A stretch of 64,000 nt of DNA from Eubacteriales bacterium (GTDB lineage Bacteria > Bacillota > Clostridia > Oscillospirales > CAG-272). The stretch spans positions 7,881-71,880 of the forward strand of contig JAZRTS010000055.1 in the NCBI GenBank assembly GCA_045652135.1, written 5' to 3'. Numbering within the stretch: position 1 is the first letter of the stretch; each line of letters starts with the position of its first letter. The position numbers and the translations under genes were made by a program. The notes under the pieces are model-generated. The model saw only the letters and a list, made by a program, of their open reading frames with translations. It was not told the DNA's origin and ran no database searches. Positions 1 through 10,057 of the stretch are shown one piece after another.

Positions 1-22
1 CCGTTATTGCTATATTTGCCAA

Positions 23-691
23 ATGAAAAAGTCATATATTTGCCCATCGATGATGTGCGCCGATATGTTCTGCCTCGGTACATCTGTAAAATCTTTGGAA
101 AAATGCGGTGCAGACTATCTTCATATAGACGTAATGGACGGTGTTTTTGTTCCTAATTATACGCTTGGTACGGATTATATAAAAAATCTTCATTCATATA
201 CGGATATTCCGCTTGATATCCATTTGATGATAACGTCACCGGAAGATAAGCTCGAAAGATTTGATATAAAGGAAAATGACCTTGTAAGTATTCATTTTGA
301 AGCTTCAAAAGATGTTGTAAAATGCCTTGATTACATTAATTCAAAGGGTGCGGGTGCAATTCTTGCAATAAATCCGAAAACACCGTGTGAAGTTGTAATT
401 CCGTATCTCGATAAAATAAAGGGTGTTCTTGTTATGACGGTGAATCCGGGATATGCAGGGCAGAAGCTTGTTGAAGGCTCACTTGAAAAAATAAAAGAAA
501 TGCGCCACCTTTTAGATGGCGCAGGATATGAAAATATCTTTATCGAGGTTGACGGAAATGTCAGCTTTGAAAACGGCGTGCTTATGAAGAAGGCAGGCGC
601 CGATATGTTCGTTGCAGGCTCGTCAAGCGTATTCACAAAACAAATGACGCTTAACGAAGCATACTCAACGTTCAAAGAGTGCGTAAAATAA
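23..691 (+). CDS. rpe: ribulose-phosphate 3-epimerase family protein
   Basis: 222-aa ORF. 'CPSMMCAD', 'YLHIDVMDGVFVPNYTLG' and C-terminal 'EVDGN...GADMFVAGSS' fit the Rpe/AlsE TIM-barrel signature. Confidence 0.85.
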   Translation: MKKSYICPSMMCADMFCLGTSVKSLEKCGADYLHIDVMDGVFVPNYTLGTDYIKNLHSYTDIPLDIHLMITSPEDKLERFDIKENDLVSIHFEASKDVVKCLDYINSKGAGAILAINPKTPCEVVIPYLDKIKGVLVMTVNPGYAGQKLVEGSLEKIKEMRHLLDGAGYENIFIEVDGNVSFENGVLMKKAGADMFVAGSSSVFTKQMTLNEAYSTFKECVK

Positions 692-692
692 C

Positions 693-1361
693 TTATTTTC
701 CGTTTAAAACAAGTATGGCAAAATCAGCATCGATTATGAAATTATCTTTTGATGCCAATTCGCACTTTTTCATATACTGTTCGGTAAACAGAGTGTAAAA
801 ATGCTTCGGTACTTCCGAAACGAGATTTTCACCGTTTGTGAGCATTATCTGAAACGCATATTCGCCGCGATGTCCGATAAAGAACAAAATGTCGGATATT
901 GCGGCATCTTTGTTTGTTGCCTGCAGTCTTGAAGCAAAGAAAAGCTTCAAAAACTCAATTATTCTGTCGTCAAGTCCGTTTTCAAATATTGTTATTTTTT
1001 CACGCATGGAGTTTTCATTTGAAACTATCCTCATTTTATAAGGCTTTTCCATACGCTTTTCGGGAAACTGCTTGTCTATTTTTTTCTGTGCATCCTTTAT
1101 GTTTTTGATACATTCCTCCACGCTTTCGCCGTCGGGGCAAAGGTGTATCATAAATTTTTTATCCATATCGTGATACAACATCGGATATGAAAGCGACACA
1201 ACGCATCCGCATTCGGGGCAGGTGTGTGTGAAAAGCTCACCGTTTAAAAGCTTTTTCTGCGCCTCGTCATCGAATGCACCGTTTACGGATTCATAAACGG
1301 TTATGTCAAATTCACAAGAGCAGTCCTTGCATTTTATTTTCTCTATATGTTCAAGTGCCAT
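693..1361 (-). CDS. CpXC-domain protein
   Basis: 222-aa ORF with two CxxC pairs ('CKDCSC', 'CPECGC') spaced as in the CpXC family. Starts 16 nt downstream of the preceding minus-strand gene. Confidence 0.7.
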   Translation of the reverse strand: MALEHIEKIKCKDCSCEFDITVYESVNGAFDDEAQKKLLNGELFTHTCPECGCVVSLSYPMLYHDMDKKFMIHLCPDGESVEECIKNIKDAQKKIDKQFPEKRMEKPYKMRIVSNENSMREKITIFENGLDDRIIEFLKLFFASRLQATNKDAAISDILFFIGHRGEYAFQIMLTNGENLVSEVPKHFYTLFTEQYMKKCELASKDNFIIDADFAILVLNGK

Positions 1362-1377
1362 TTTAAATTGATCCTTT

Positions 1378-3648
1378 TTATTTTTTTAATTTGCGTCTGT
1401 CAAAGCCACGGTAAACAGCAGGCGCTTTTTTTGTGCGTTTGAAAATTAAGAAATAACCCACAGCACCGACAGCTGCGACCAAAAGAATAACACCGAGTAC
1501 CGTAAACAGTATTTTAAATGAAAATGATGAACTCAGAAATGAAACATTTGATATGCACATATTGTATTCTCCGCCGTCCGTATCGGAGTGCGGACGGATC
1601 CATATTTTCATTCCGTCTGTGTTTTCTTTCGTAAGTGAAACAAAATCCTTTATATAGTACGAAAGGGTGGTACATCCTTCAGACGGTATCTGGGATATTC
1701 CTTCGTATACTATGCTTTTTCCGTTTTCATCTCTGCCCCACAGTCTGCACATAACGTCTACAAGTTCAACACCGTCAGGACATTCGGGCGTAATATCAAA
1801 CGACACGTATCCAGCACCGTCAATGGATATATCCGAAAGCATACGGCACACGCCTCTGTATTCGCAAAGATCGGAATTATACGTTACGCAGTAAAGATGC
1901 TTCTCGTCGCCATCCGTCTTGATTGAGGCTGAATATGCATTGTCAGACGGATAAAAACCGTTGACACCTTCATTGAAATCAAACGTGTGCAGTATTTTTC
2001 TGCCTGAAACATCTTTAAATAATCCGGACATTACGATGCGCTTTTCCTGCAAAGATGTATGTCCTTCTATGATATCTGAATAAAACGCACCGATGATGCT
2101 TGAATATTCCGCGGTGTATATTGAAGATGATGCCGTATCAATATATTTGAATACGTCGTATATTTTCTTTGGTTCGTCTGCAAGCTGAAGGGTGTCTTCG
2201 CGTCTTGTGTAAAGTCCCGAATTGATACATTCATCTGTTTTTAAATCCACGTGAGAAGAATAAATAAACGCATTTATAAACGGATCTGCTTCCGCTGTAT
2301 AATAAGCAAGGGAATAGGCTGCCGCTTGCTTTTTCTGCGCCTGATTTCCGTTATCACCACCCGTAAAGGCACAGCCTGATATGGTGAGGTAACGAGTATA
2401 TCCACACTCAAATTCTCCGCTGTTGATAAACGATGTAAGCACATCGGTGTTTTTCATTGTTATAAACGGTGTATTGACGGAGTGTGAAACGTTTTCGTTC
2501 CAGAAATCACTTCTTGAAATATCTGCCGTGTCAAGCTCTGCAGAAAGACTCCATGGAATATTTCCGTCCCGTTTAAGCTGTGCATTGAATGATGAAAGAA
2601 AATCGTAAGCGGTATAGTCAAGCGAAAAATCCGGTGTTCCGTCACGTACGGGAGTGTTAAAGCATCCGTTTACTGATGTGTAAATGACAGCATTTGAATA
2701 AGTGCCTTTGATGGCGGCATATGCTGTTCTGAATACTTTGGTATAATCGCTTACATAGTCCGACAAAGCCATTTGTCCTGCATAGTTTCCGTATCTGTTT
2801 GAATTGACCGTATTACCGATTATATAATTGCCCACGAATCCGTACTTTCCGTTTTGTACTGTGTAACGCGAAGCTATGAATTTAAGTGCGGCATAATAAT
2901 ATTCCGATGCTTTTTCACCTTGGGGATTTACACCGTAATATTTTGCCGAGGACATATCCGTTTTATAATAAAGCTTCTTGGCGTTTTCAGAGTTCGTGTT
3001 AGAGGGAGACGTCAAGACTATCTGAGCGTAAACGTTTACGTCGCTGTCTGTAAGCACTTTTATTTTGTGGTCAAGTAAATTAACGTATGAACTGCTGAAA
3101 AAGTATGCTTTACCGTCTATATTAATTGTATGTGATGAATCCGAATCGTCGGATATCATCTCATTCAATGCGATGTCAACGACCGTATGTGAAATGCCGA
3201 GCTGTTGCGCATCGCTCATAAGTCTTACACTAAGTCCTTTTTTGGAAAACGGTTCGGGCATATCGTATCTGTTGGGTGCAAGTATGTCACAGTTCGTTAT
3301 ATATGCGCCTTCGGAAATAGGTGTGTAGATTTCATTTTCAAATGCGCAGACGGTGTATTTGGAATAAAAATATTTATCGCTTTCACACTTGACGGTTATT
3401 TCATTTTTTCCGTCGGATAATTTTTGCAACGGAAGTGATGCGCCGTCTGGCGAAGTCATTACTAGATAATGTTCATCTGACAAAGACTCACATGAAATAT
3501 TCAGATATTTACCGTCTTCTGATAAAACAACCGTTATCCCACCCTCTGCCGCGGCGGTATTCACCGCGGCAATTACGGAAGAGGGAAGAATAACGGTTAA
3601 TAAAAGTACCAAAGACAGTATTTGTTTCAATACGTCTTTAAATTTCAT
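1378..3648 (-). CDS. large exported protein with N-terminal signal peptide and C-terminal membrane anchor; central glycoside-hydrolase-like region suspected
   Basis: 756-aa ORF. N-terminus 'MKFKDVLKQILSLVLLLTVILPSSVIAAV', C-terminal hydrophobic helix followed by 'KRTKK'. 'YIIGNTVNS' resembles the TIM-barrel hydrolase-like 'GNEvN' motif (recollection only). ATG lies 1 nt after the tpiA stop. Confidence 0.75.
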   Translation of the reverse strand: MKFKDVLKQILSLVLLLTVILPSSVIAAVNTAAAEGGITVVLSEDGKYLNISCESLSDEHYLVMTSPDGASLPLQKLSDGKNEITVKCESDKYFYSKYTVCAFENEIYTPISEGAYITNCDILAPNRYDMPEPFSKKGLSVRLMSDAQQLGISHTVVDIALNEMISDDSDSSHTINIDGKAYFFSSSYVNLLDHKIKVLTDSDVNVYAQIVLTSPSNTNSENAKKLYYKTDMSSAKYYGVNPQGEKASEYYYAALKFIASRYTVQNGKYGFVGNYIIGNTVNSNRYGNYAGQMALSDYVSDYTKVFRTAYAAIKGTYSNAVIYTSVNGCFNTPVRDGTPDFSLDYTAYDFLSSFNAQLKRDGNIPWSLSAELDTADISRSDFWNENVSHSVNTPFITMKNTDVLTSFINSGEFECGYTRYLTISGCAFTGGDNGNQAQKKQAAAYSLAYYTAEADPFINAFIYSSHVDLKTDECINSGLYTRREDTLQLADEPKKIYDVFKYIDTASSSIYTAEYSSIIGAFYSDIIEGHTSLQEKRIVMSGLFKDVSGRKILHTFDFNEGVNGFYPSDNAYSASIKTDGDEKHLYCVTYNSDLCEYRGVCRMLSDISIDGAGYVSFDITPECPDGVELVDVMCRLWGRDENGKSIVYEGISQIPSEGCTTLSYYIKDFVSLTKENTDGMKIWIRPHSDTDGGEYNMCISNVSFLSSSFSFKILFTVLGVILLVAAVGAVGYFLIFKRTKKAPAVYRGFDRRKLKK

Positions 3649-3649
3649 T

Positions 3650-4405
3650 TTACTGTGCGGCTTTTACAATAGTTGTAAAGTCAGCAACCTTGAGGGAAGC
3701 ACCGCCGATAAGACCGCCGTCAACGTCGGACATTGCAAGAAGGTCAGCTGCGTTTGCGGCATTCATAGAACCGCCGTACTGAATTGTAAGCTCATCAGCG
3801 GCTGCCTTGTCGTAAAGACCTGCAACAACATCACGGATGATGGCGCAAACCTCGTTTGCCTGCTCGGTTGTTGCAACCTTACCTGTACCGATAGCCCAAA
3901 CGGGTTCGTATGCGATGATGACCTTTGAAAGATCTTCCTTGGAAATGCCTGCGAGAGCCTTCTTTGTCTGAATGGAAACGATCTCAGCGGTAATACCGCT
4001 TTCACGCATTTCAAGTGTTTCACCAACACAGATGATAGCTGTAAGACCTGATGCGATAGCAGCCTTTGCACGGAGATTTACCGTTTCATCTGTTTCGCCG
4101 AAATACTGACGGCGTTCGCTGTGTCCTACGATTGCGTACTTAACACCGCATTCAACAAGCATTGCTGCACTTATTTCGCCTGTGTAAGCACCATTGGGTT
4201 CAAAGTGTACGTTCTCAGCGCCGATAGCGATGTTTGTACCTTTTGCGGCTTCAACTGCAGCGGGGATATTAACAAAGGGAACGCAAAGAACGATGTCAGC
4301 CTTGTTATAAGCGGCAACTTCAGGTGCAAGCGCCTTTATAAATTCAGTTGTTTTGGAAGGTGTCATATTCATCTTCCAGTTTCCTGCGATAACTGTTTTT
4401 CTCAT
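3650..4405 (-). CDS. tpiA: triosephosphate isomerase
   Basis: 251 aa with 'AGNWKMN', 'AYEPVWAIGTG' and 'YGGS' motifs. Confidence 0.97.
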   Translation of the reverse strand: MRKTVIAGNWKMNMTPSKTTEFIKALAPEVAAYNKADIVLCVPFVNIPAAVEAAKGTNIAIGAENVHFEPNGAYTGEISAAMLVECGVKYAIVGHSERRQYFGETDETVNLRAKAAIASGLTAIICVGETLEMRESGITAEIVSIQTKKALAGISKEDLSKVIIAYEPVWAIGTGKVATTEQANEVCAIIRDVVAGLYDKAAADELTIQYGGSMNAANAADLLAMSDVDGGLIGGASLKVADFTTIVKAAQ

Positions 4406-4426
4406 ATTTACACCAACGCTTTCTTA

Positions 4427-5611
4427 TTATTTATCCTGAAGACAAGCAATACCGGGAAGAACAAGTCCTTCAAGGAATTCAAGAGATGCGCCGCCGCCTG
4501 TGGAGATGTGTGTTACCTTGTCAGCAAAGCCGAGCTTTTCAATAGCTGCTGCAGAGTCACCACCGCCGATTATGGAGATAGCGCCGCTGTCAGCAACTGC
4601 CTGAGCAACACTGCGTGTACCGGACGCGAACTTTTCCCATTCGGAAACACCCATAGGACCGTTCCAGATAACTGTTGCAGCGCCCTTGATAGCGTCTGCG
4701 AATATCTTTTCTGTAGCGGGACCGATGTCAAGGCCCATATATCCTTCGGGAATGTTGTCGGAGTTTACGAGCAAGAAGTTACAATCGGGATCGTACTTGT
4801 CGCCTGCGCGGTTATCAACGGGGAGAAGAAGGTTTACACCCTTAGCTTTAGCCTTAGCCATAAGCTCTTTTGCAAGCTCAACCTTGTCTTCCTCGCAAAG
4901 TGAATCACCGATTGAGTAGTTGTTTGCCTTGTGGAATGTGTATGCCATAGCACCGCCGATGATAAGTGTGTCAACCTTTTCGATGAGGTTGTTGATAACA
5001 CCGATCTTATCGGAAACCTTTGCACCGCCGAGAATAGCAACGAAGGGATGCTTAGGCTGTGTAAGTGCGCCGCCCATGATGGAGATTTCTTTCTGGATGA
5101 GGTAACCGCAAACGGCAGGGAGATAGTGGCTTACGCCTTCTGTTGATGCGTGAGCTCTGTGAGCTGTACCGAATGCATCGTTTACGTAGATCTCAGCCAA
5201 AGAAGCGAGTTCCTTTGCAAATTCGGGATCGTTCTTTTCTTCTTCCTTGTGGTAACGAACGTTTTCGATAAGCATAACGTCGCCGTCTTTAAGTGCTGCT
5301 GCCTTTGCCTTTGCGTCTTCACCGATAACATCGTTTGCGAAAACTACGGGCTTGCCGAGAAGTTCAGAAAGCTTTTCAGCTACGGGAGCGAGTGAGTATT
5401 TGGGATTGAATTCACCCTTCGGACGTCCGAGGTGAGAGCAGAGAATTACCTTTGCACCGTTGTCAGAAAGGTACTTGATAGTGGGAAGCGCTTCTCTGAT
5501 ACGCTTTGCATCTGTGATTGTCTTTCCGTCAAGCGGAACGTTAAAATCACATCTTGCAAGGACTTTTTTGCCCTTGACTTCGATATCTTCAACTGTTTTC
5601 TTGTTGTACAT
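4427..5611 (-). CDS. pgk: phosphoglycerate kinase
   Basis: 'RCDFNVP', 'SHLGRPKG' and 'IGGGDS' motifs. Start set at ATG 5611, which is preceded by GAGGTG; the ATG at 5623 would lie inside that RBS. Confidence 0.97.
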   Translation of the reverse strand: MYNKKTVEDIEVKGKKVLARCDFNVPLDGKTITDAKRIREALPTIKYLSDNGAKVILCSHLGRPKGEFNPKYSLAPVAEKLSELLGKPVVFANDVIGEDAKAKAAALKDGDVMLIENVRYHKEEEKNDPEFAKELASLAEIYVNDAFGTAHRAHASTEGVSHYLPAVCGYLIQKEISIMGGALTQPKHPFVAILGGAKVSDKIGVINNLIEKVDTLIIGGAMAYTFHKANNYSIGDSLCEEDKVELAKELMAKAKAKGVNLLLPVDNRAGDKYDPDCNFLLVNSDNIPEGYMGLDIGPATEKIFADAIKGAATVIWNGPMGVSEWEKFASGTRSVAQAVADSGAISIIGGGDSAAAIEKLGFADKVTHISTGGGASLEFLEGLVLPGIACLQDK

Positions 5612-5648
5612 AATACACCTCAAAAAAATATTTTAATATAACGATGCG

Positions 5649-5677
5649 ATTATATCACAAATCCCACCGTCTTTCAA
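5649..5677 (-). promoter_or_regulatory. sigma-A type promoter for pgk-tpiA
   Basis: Minus strand reads TTGAAA-17 nt-TATAAT with TGA immediately 5' of the -10 (extended -10), about 35 nt upstream of the pgk ATG. Confidence 0.6.
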
Positions 5678-5837
5678 TAATAAAATGTGAATATTTGTCA
5701 AAAATGAAATATTTATTTTTAATATTCGATATTTTACCTTATTTTATACAAATAAGTGAATATTCGAAGTGATGCGGTAGGGGATGGCGCCCTGACATCC
5801 CGAAATCGGTTTTTGTTCATTTGATAAGAGGTGATAC

Positions 5838-5878
5838 TCAAAACACAAAACCGACTCAAATAAAAACTTGAGTCGGTT
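5838..5878 (-). terminator. rho-independent terminator after pcrA
   Basis: 11-bp stem AACCGACTCAA/TTGAGTCGGTT followed on the minus strand by TTTTGTGTTTT, 8 nt after the pcrA stop. Confidence 0.75.
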
Positions 5879-5885
5879 TATGCAT

Positions 5886-8282
5886 TTAGTTTATCTTTGT
5901 TAATTTTGCGTACGTTGCCATAAGCTTCTTCGTTCCGAAATTGTCGAATACTACTTCGTAAAGCATATCGGCGCCCATTTCGGTTACCGACTGTATAACA
6001 CCCTGGCCAAACGTCATATGACGTACGCGGTCACCTGCTGAAAATCTGTCGTATCCCGTTGTCTTACCAAGGGCGGTTATTTTGTTCGTATCCTTTGTAA
6101 GCTCCGTAGATATAATGTGACGCTTTCTTGTGGGTAAGCTATCTTGCTCTGCTGTTTTTGTGAACGTACGTTTTGCGGCATCTGTTTCTATGTACGTATC
6201 GGGGATCTCGTTCAAAAATGTGCTCTTCGGATTGCGCTGTGTCTTACCGAACAGCATACGTTCATCAGTGTGTATCATATAAAGATACTTTTCCGCACGT
6301 GTCATTGCAACGTATGCAAGTCTGCGTTCTTCTTCAAGCTCTGCCGCATCGGTAAGTGATGACATTCCGGGGAATATTCCGTCCTCAAGACCGGGGAGGA
6401 AAACAGCAGGAAATTCAAGTCCCTTTGCACTGTGAACTGTCATCATAACGACGGCATCCGCATCCTTGTCGTATGCATCGACGTCTGTTATAAGTGCGAT
6501 ATCCTGCAAAAATCCGTCGAGGGTTGCGTTTTCGCTTTCTTCGCAGTAAGCCTTGATGTTGGAGAAAAGTTCTTCAATGTTGCGAAGTCTGTCACGGTCC
6601 TCATCAAGCCCCGAATTTATAAGCATCTCACGGTATCCTGTAAGCTCAAGAAGCGGTTCAAACAATTCCTCAAGCGGACGCGTTTTAGCTATTTCAAGAA
6701 GCTGTGATATTATTTTTGTGAAATTTGAAAGCTTTGCGGAAACCTTTGCAAGCACAGGGAATTCATCGCATCTCATCATAACATCAAATATGGATATTCC
6801 GTAATCCGTTGCTATTCCTTCGACGACGGCAATGGTCGAGTCGCCTATTTTGCGTTTCGGCTCATTGATTATGCGCTTTAAACGCAAGTCGTCACGCGGG
6901 TTGTTGATGACTGTGAGATATGCAAGCATATCCTTTATTTCTTTTCTTTCGTAGAAGCGCAGACCGCCGAGAATTCTGTAAGGAATTCCGCTTTTTGCGA
7001 ACATATTTTCAAGTGCATTTGACTGTGCATTTATTCTGTAAAGCACAGCGCAGTCGGAGAATTTAAGCCCCTGTGTGTTTACAAGATCACGTATCGTGCT
7101 GATGATGAATTTTGCTTCATCATTCTGTGTATATACACGCTTGACACGCACCTTTGCACCGTCGGGTGCCTGTGTCCAGAGCTCCTTGCCTCGTCTTGCA
7201 ACGTTGTTACGTATAACGGAGTTTGCCGCCGCAAGAATATTGGCAGTTGAACGGTAGTTCTGTTCAAGTTTGATGACATTCGCCGAATCGAAATATTTGT
7301 CAAATCCGAGAATATTTTTAACTGTAGCACCACGGAATTTGTATATACTCTGGTCGTCATCGCCAACAGCCATAATGTTGTGATGTCCTGTGGAAAGTAT
7401 ATAGGTGAGCGTAAACTGAGCGACGTTTGTATCCTGATATTCGTCAACGGAAATATACTTGAATCTGTTTGTGTAGTACTTTCTCACTTCGGGGAAGTTT
7501 TTCAAAAGCGTGACCGTGTTGAATATAAGGTCATCAAAGTCCATTGCGTTGTTTTCTTTCATTGTGTGCTGATAAAGCTCATACACCGTTGCAACGCTTG
7601 AAGTTCGTGGATCTCTTGATTTGGGGGCATTATCCGTGAATACCTCCGGAGTTATAAGTTCATCCTTCGCGCGGCTGATACAGTTCTGCGCATATTTCGG
7701 AGCTATCGCTTTTTCGTCTACGTTGAGCTGCTTCATACACTGTGAAACAAGACGTTTGCTGTCATCGGCATCATATATTGTGAATGAACGTGTATATCCG
7801 AGCTTGTCAGCGTGCGCACGAAGTATACGGACACATATTGAATGGAATGTTCCCACCCAGAGATCGTCTGCCGCCTCGCCGAGAATATTTGAAAGACGTA
7901 CTTTCATTTCATTTGCCGCTTTGTTCGTAAAAGTTATGGCAAGTATATTGTAAGAAGGGCAGGGATCCACTGCAAATTTTTTAAGAAGCTCACGCAGCTC
8001 ATTTTTTTCAAGAAGGTTGTAGCTGCGCAGTTTTTCTATATCCTCAGAGGTAACTGTTTTGGGAATATCATCAACCTCGCATGCACAGCCGAAAGACATA
8101 ATGTGCGCTATTCTGTTTACAAGCACCGTGGTTTTACCCGTGCCCGCACCCGCAAGCACAAGCAAAGGACCTGTCGTAAGACAGACCGCTTTCTTTTGCA
8201 TATCGTTAAGTGATGAATATAATTTTGTAAAAGCCTTCTGTTTCAAAGCAGAAATTTCCTGCCTGCTTATCGTAGAATTCAT
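5886..8282 (-). CDS. pcrA: ATP-dependent DNA helicase PcrA/UvrD family
   Basis: Walker A 'AGAGTGKT', motif II 'DEYQDTN', 'VHSAKGLEF'. Start moved to ATG 8282, which is preceded by GGAGG. Confidence 0.93.
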   Translation of the reverse strand: MNSTISRQEISALKQKAFTKLYSSLNDMQKKAVCLTTGPLLVLAGAGTGKTTVLVNRIAHIMSFGCACEVDDIPKTVTSEDIEKLRSYNLLEKNELRELLKKFAVDPCPSYNILAITFTNKAANEMKVRLSNILGEAADDLWVGTFHSICVRILRAHADKLGYTRSFTIYDADDSKRLVSQCMKQLNVDEKAIAPKYAQNCISRAKDELITPEVFTDNAPKSRDPRTSSVATVYELYQHTMKENNAMDFDDLIFNTVTLLKNFPEVRKYYTNRFKYISVDEYQDTNVAQFTLTYILSTGHHNIMAVGDDDQSIYKFRGATVKNILGFDKYFDSANVIKLEQNYRSTANILAAANSVIRNNVARRGKELWTQAPDGAKVRVKRVYTQNDEAKFIISTIRDLVNTQGLKFSDCAVLYRINAQSNALENMFAKSGIPYRILGGLRFYERKEIKDMLAYLTVINNPRDDLRLKRIINEPKRKIGDSTIAVVEGIATDYGISIFDVMMRCDEFPVLAKVSAKLSNFTKIISQLLEIAKTRPLEELFEPLLELTGYREMLINSGLDEDRDRLRNIEELFSNIKAYCEESENATLDGFLQDIALITDVDAYDKDADAVVMMTVHSAKGLEFPAVFLPGLEDGIFPGMSSLTDAAELEEERRLAYVAMTRAEKYLYMIHTDERMLFGKTQRNPKSTFLNEIPDTYIETDAAKRTFTKTAEQDSLPTRKRHIISTELTKDTNKITALGKTTGYDRFSAGDRVRHMTFGQGVIQSVTEMGADMLYEVVFDNFGTKKLMATYAKLTKIN

Positions 8283-8465
8283 TGTAACCTCCGGATTGTT
8301 TCGTACATATATGTTCACGGTGACAGTGCACCAACTCTATTATATCATAGTAAATCGTGTATTTCAAGAATAAACAGAAGAATTCTTGTGTGAAAATTGT
8401 AAAATTATATTCTTATGTGCTGAAATGTACGAAAAAATGAATAACGTGTTGTTATAGAAAGTGTA

Positions 8466-8494
8466 TTGCAAAATATACGGTAAAGTGATATAAT
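8466..8494 (+). promoter_or_regulatory. near-consensus sigma-A promoter
   Basis: TTGCAA-17 nt-TATAAT with TGA extended -10 element, about 30 nt upstream of the 75-aa ORF. Confidence 0.6.
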
Positions 8495-8526
8495 TACGTA
8501 TCAGAAACAGTTGACGGAGGGAAAAT

Positions 8527-8754
8527 ATGAGACTTGTAAATATGATTACGCAGCTTGATGCATTTCGTTGTGAATACGGCATTTCCAATATGACAGGGGA
8601 AGATTTTGACTGTGCACCGGTAAGAAAGCTGTGTGCGGAACTGGAAAAAGAATTTCCCGAACTGCACTGTGATTTTGTTCTTGACGATACAGACCATATG
8701 CTTATGGTAAGTGTGTCGGCATTCTTAAATCGCATTTTGATGGAAAAATCATAA
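8527..8754 (+). CDS. small acidic hypothetical protein (75 aa)
   Basis: GGAGGG lies 6 nt upstream of the ATG. It has its own promoter and a downstream hairpin. No family recognised. Confidence 0.55.
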   Translation: MRLVNMITQLDAFRCEYGISNMTGEDFDCAPVRKLCAELEKEFPELHCDFVLDDTDHMLMVSVSAFLNRILMEKS

Positions 8755-8773
8755 ATTGAAAAAATCACCGAAT

Positions 8774-8818
8774 AAAAAATACACATTCAAAAGCAAACAG
8801 CTTTGAATGTGTATTTCT
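8774..8818. terminator. bidirectional hairpin terminator (ispF side has the stronger T-run)
   Basis: Roughly 15-bp stem AAATACACATTCAAAG/CTTTGAATGTGTATTT with an A-run upstream and T-rich DNA downstream, between convergent genes. Confidence 0.7.
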
Positions 8819-8825
8819 GTTATTG

Positions 8826-9302
8826 TTATTCTTTTGTTACAAGACATACAGCGTGAGCCGCTATGCCCTCACCGCTTCCGGTAAATCCGAGATGCTCCTC
8901 GGTGGTTGCTTTGACGTTCACCTGTGACGGCGAAATGCCGAGGACGGAAGCAATATTTTTCTTCATTGTGGGAATGTGCGGCGCAAGCTTCGGCGCTTGT
9001 GCAATTACCGTTGCGTCGATGTTTGAAACGGAATAAGAGTGCTTTTTTAACAGCCCTTTTACTTCCTCAAGCAACAGCATGCTGTATATTCCCTTGAATC
9101 TTTCATCTGTATCAGGAAAATGCTTGCCTATGTCGCCCTGACCGATAGCACCGATGAGTGCATCGCATACAGCGTGCGTCAATACGTCGGCGTCGGAATG
9201 ACCGACAAGACCAAATCCGCAATCAATAAATACACCGCCAAGCACAAGCTTTCTCTCGGGTGATGTTGCGTGTACGTCGTAACCGTGTCCTATTCTTATC
9301 AT
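8826..9302 (-). CDS. ispF: 2-C-methyl-D-erythritol 2,4-cyclodiphosphate synthase
   Basis: '[11 protein letters not shown]' and '[10 protein letters not shown]' motifs; 158 aa. Confidence 0.95.
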   Translation of the reverse strand: MIRIGHGYDVHATSPERKLVLGGVFIDCGFGLVGHSDADVLTHAVCDALIGAIGQGDIGKHFPDTDERFKGIYSMLLLEEVKGLLKKHSYSVSNIDATVIAQAPKLAPHIPTMKKNIASVLGISPSQVNVKATTEEHLGFTGSGEGIAAHAVCLVTKE

Positions 9303-10057
9303 TTGCCGTTTTCCTGCCTGAATTTCAGTATTCCTTCCGCGATCCGTATGTCTTCGGGTGTTGTTATCTTTATGTTTTCGTGACCTGTGTCACACAAAAA
9401 CACCTTGAAGCCAAGCCTTGTAACGAGGGAATTGTCGTCCGTTGCCTCAAAGCCGTCTTCTTTAGCTGAATATGCCGCCGCGCGGTAAATATCCGTTTTG
9501 AATATCTGCGGTGTCTGTGCGTGACGCATCGTGCTTCGCTCAGCATCGGATTTGATAAAACCGCCGTTATCGGCAATTTTCATTGTGTCCTTTGCTTGTG
9601 CGGAAGCTGTTGCTGAGCCGAAACGGTAAGCGGATTTGCAAACTTCGCTTATCATTTCAGGTGTTACAAGACAGCGTGCGCCGTCGTGTATGGACACGAA
9701 TTCGCTTTTTTTATTCACGCGTGAAAGACCGTTCATAACTGACTGCTGACGTGTCGAACCGCCCGATACCACGTGGGTTATCTTTTTGAATTTGTACGTT
9801 TTTATAATGTTTGCAATATCGTCAAATTCTTCCTTACGGCAGACAAGTATTATTTCGCTTATGTGCTTGCAATCCTCAAATTGCTTCACGGTGCGGGCAA
9901 GAACCGGCACACCGCAAATATCCATAAGCTGCTTCGTTTTGTCGGACTTCATACGTGAGCCGCTTCCGGCAGCGACGATTATTGCACTGTTGAAATAATC
10001 GTCACGTTCACTGCCGAAAAGCTTTTTGAAAATACTTACTTTTTTCTTCTCTTTCAT
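9299..10057 (-). CDS. ispD: 2-C-methyl-D-erythritol 4-phosphate cytidylyltransferase
   Basis: 'VAAGSGSRM' motif. 4-nt overlaps with ispF downstream and with the OFOR gamma subunit upstream. Confidence 0.92.
   Translation of the reverse strand: MKEKKKVSIFKKLFGSERDDYFNSAIIVAAGSGSRMKSDKTKQLMDICGVPVLARTVKQFEDCKHISEIILVCRKEEFDDIANIIKTYKFKKITHVVSGGSTRQQSVMNGLSRVNKKSEFVSIHDGARCLVTPEMISEVCKSAYRFGSATASAQAKDTMKIADNGGFIKSDAERSTMRHAQTPQIFKTDIYRAAAYSAKEDGFEATDDNSLVTRLGFKVFLCDTGHENIKITTPEDIRIAEGILKFRQENGK

Noticed and set aside
692-692. A single nucleotide separates the convergent stop codons of rpe and the CpXC gene, with no terminator.
   Set aside because: Tight convergent packing is common in compact genomes. 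It is noted under the pgk-tpiA finding and is not informative on its own.
4121-4903. 260-aa plus-strand ORF spanning the tpiA-pgk junction.
   Set aside because: It is antisense to two unmistakable glycolytic genes. It is Cys/Phe-rich, has no RBS, and crosses an intergenic spacer. This is a shadow ORF.
8364-8786. 140-aa minus-strand ORF covering the pcrA-ispF spacer.
   Set aside because: It runs through the promoter, RBS and terminator signals that fit the plus-strand 75-aa ORF. It is low-complexity (Ser/Ile/Phe) and has no RBS.
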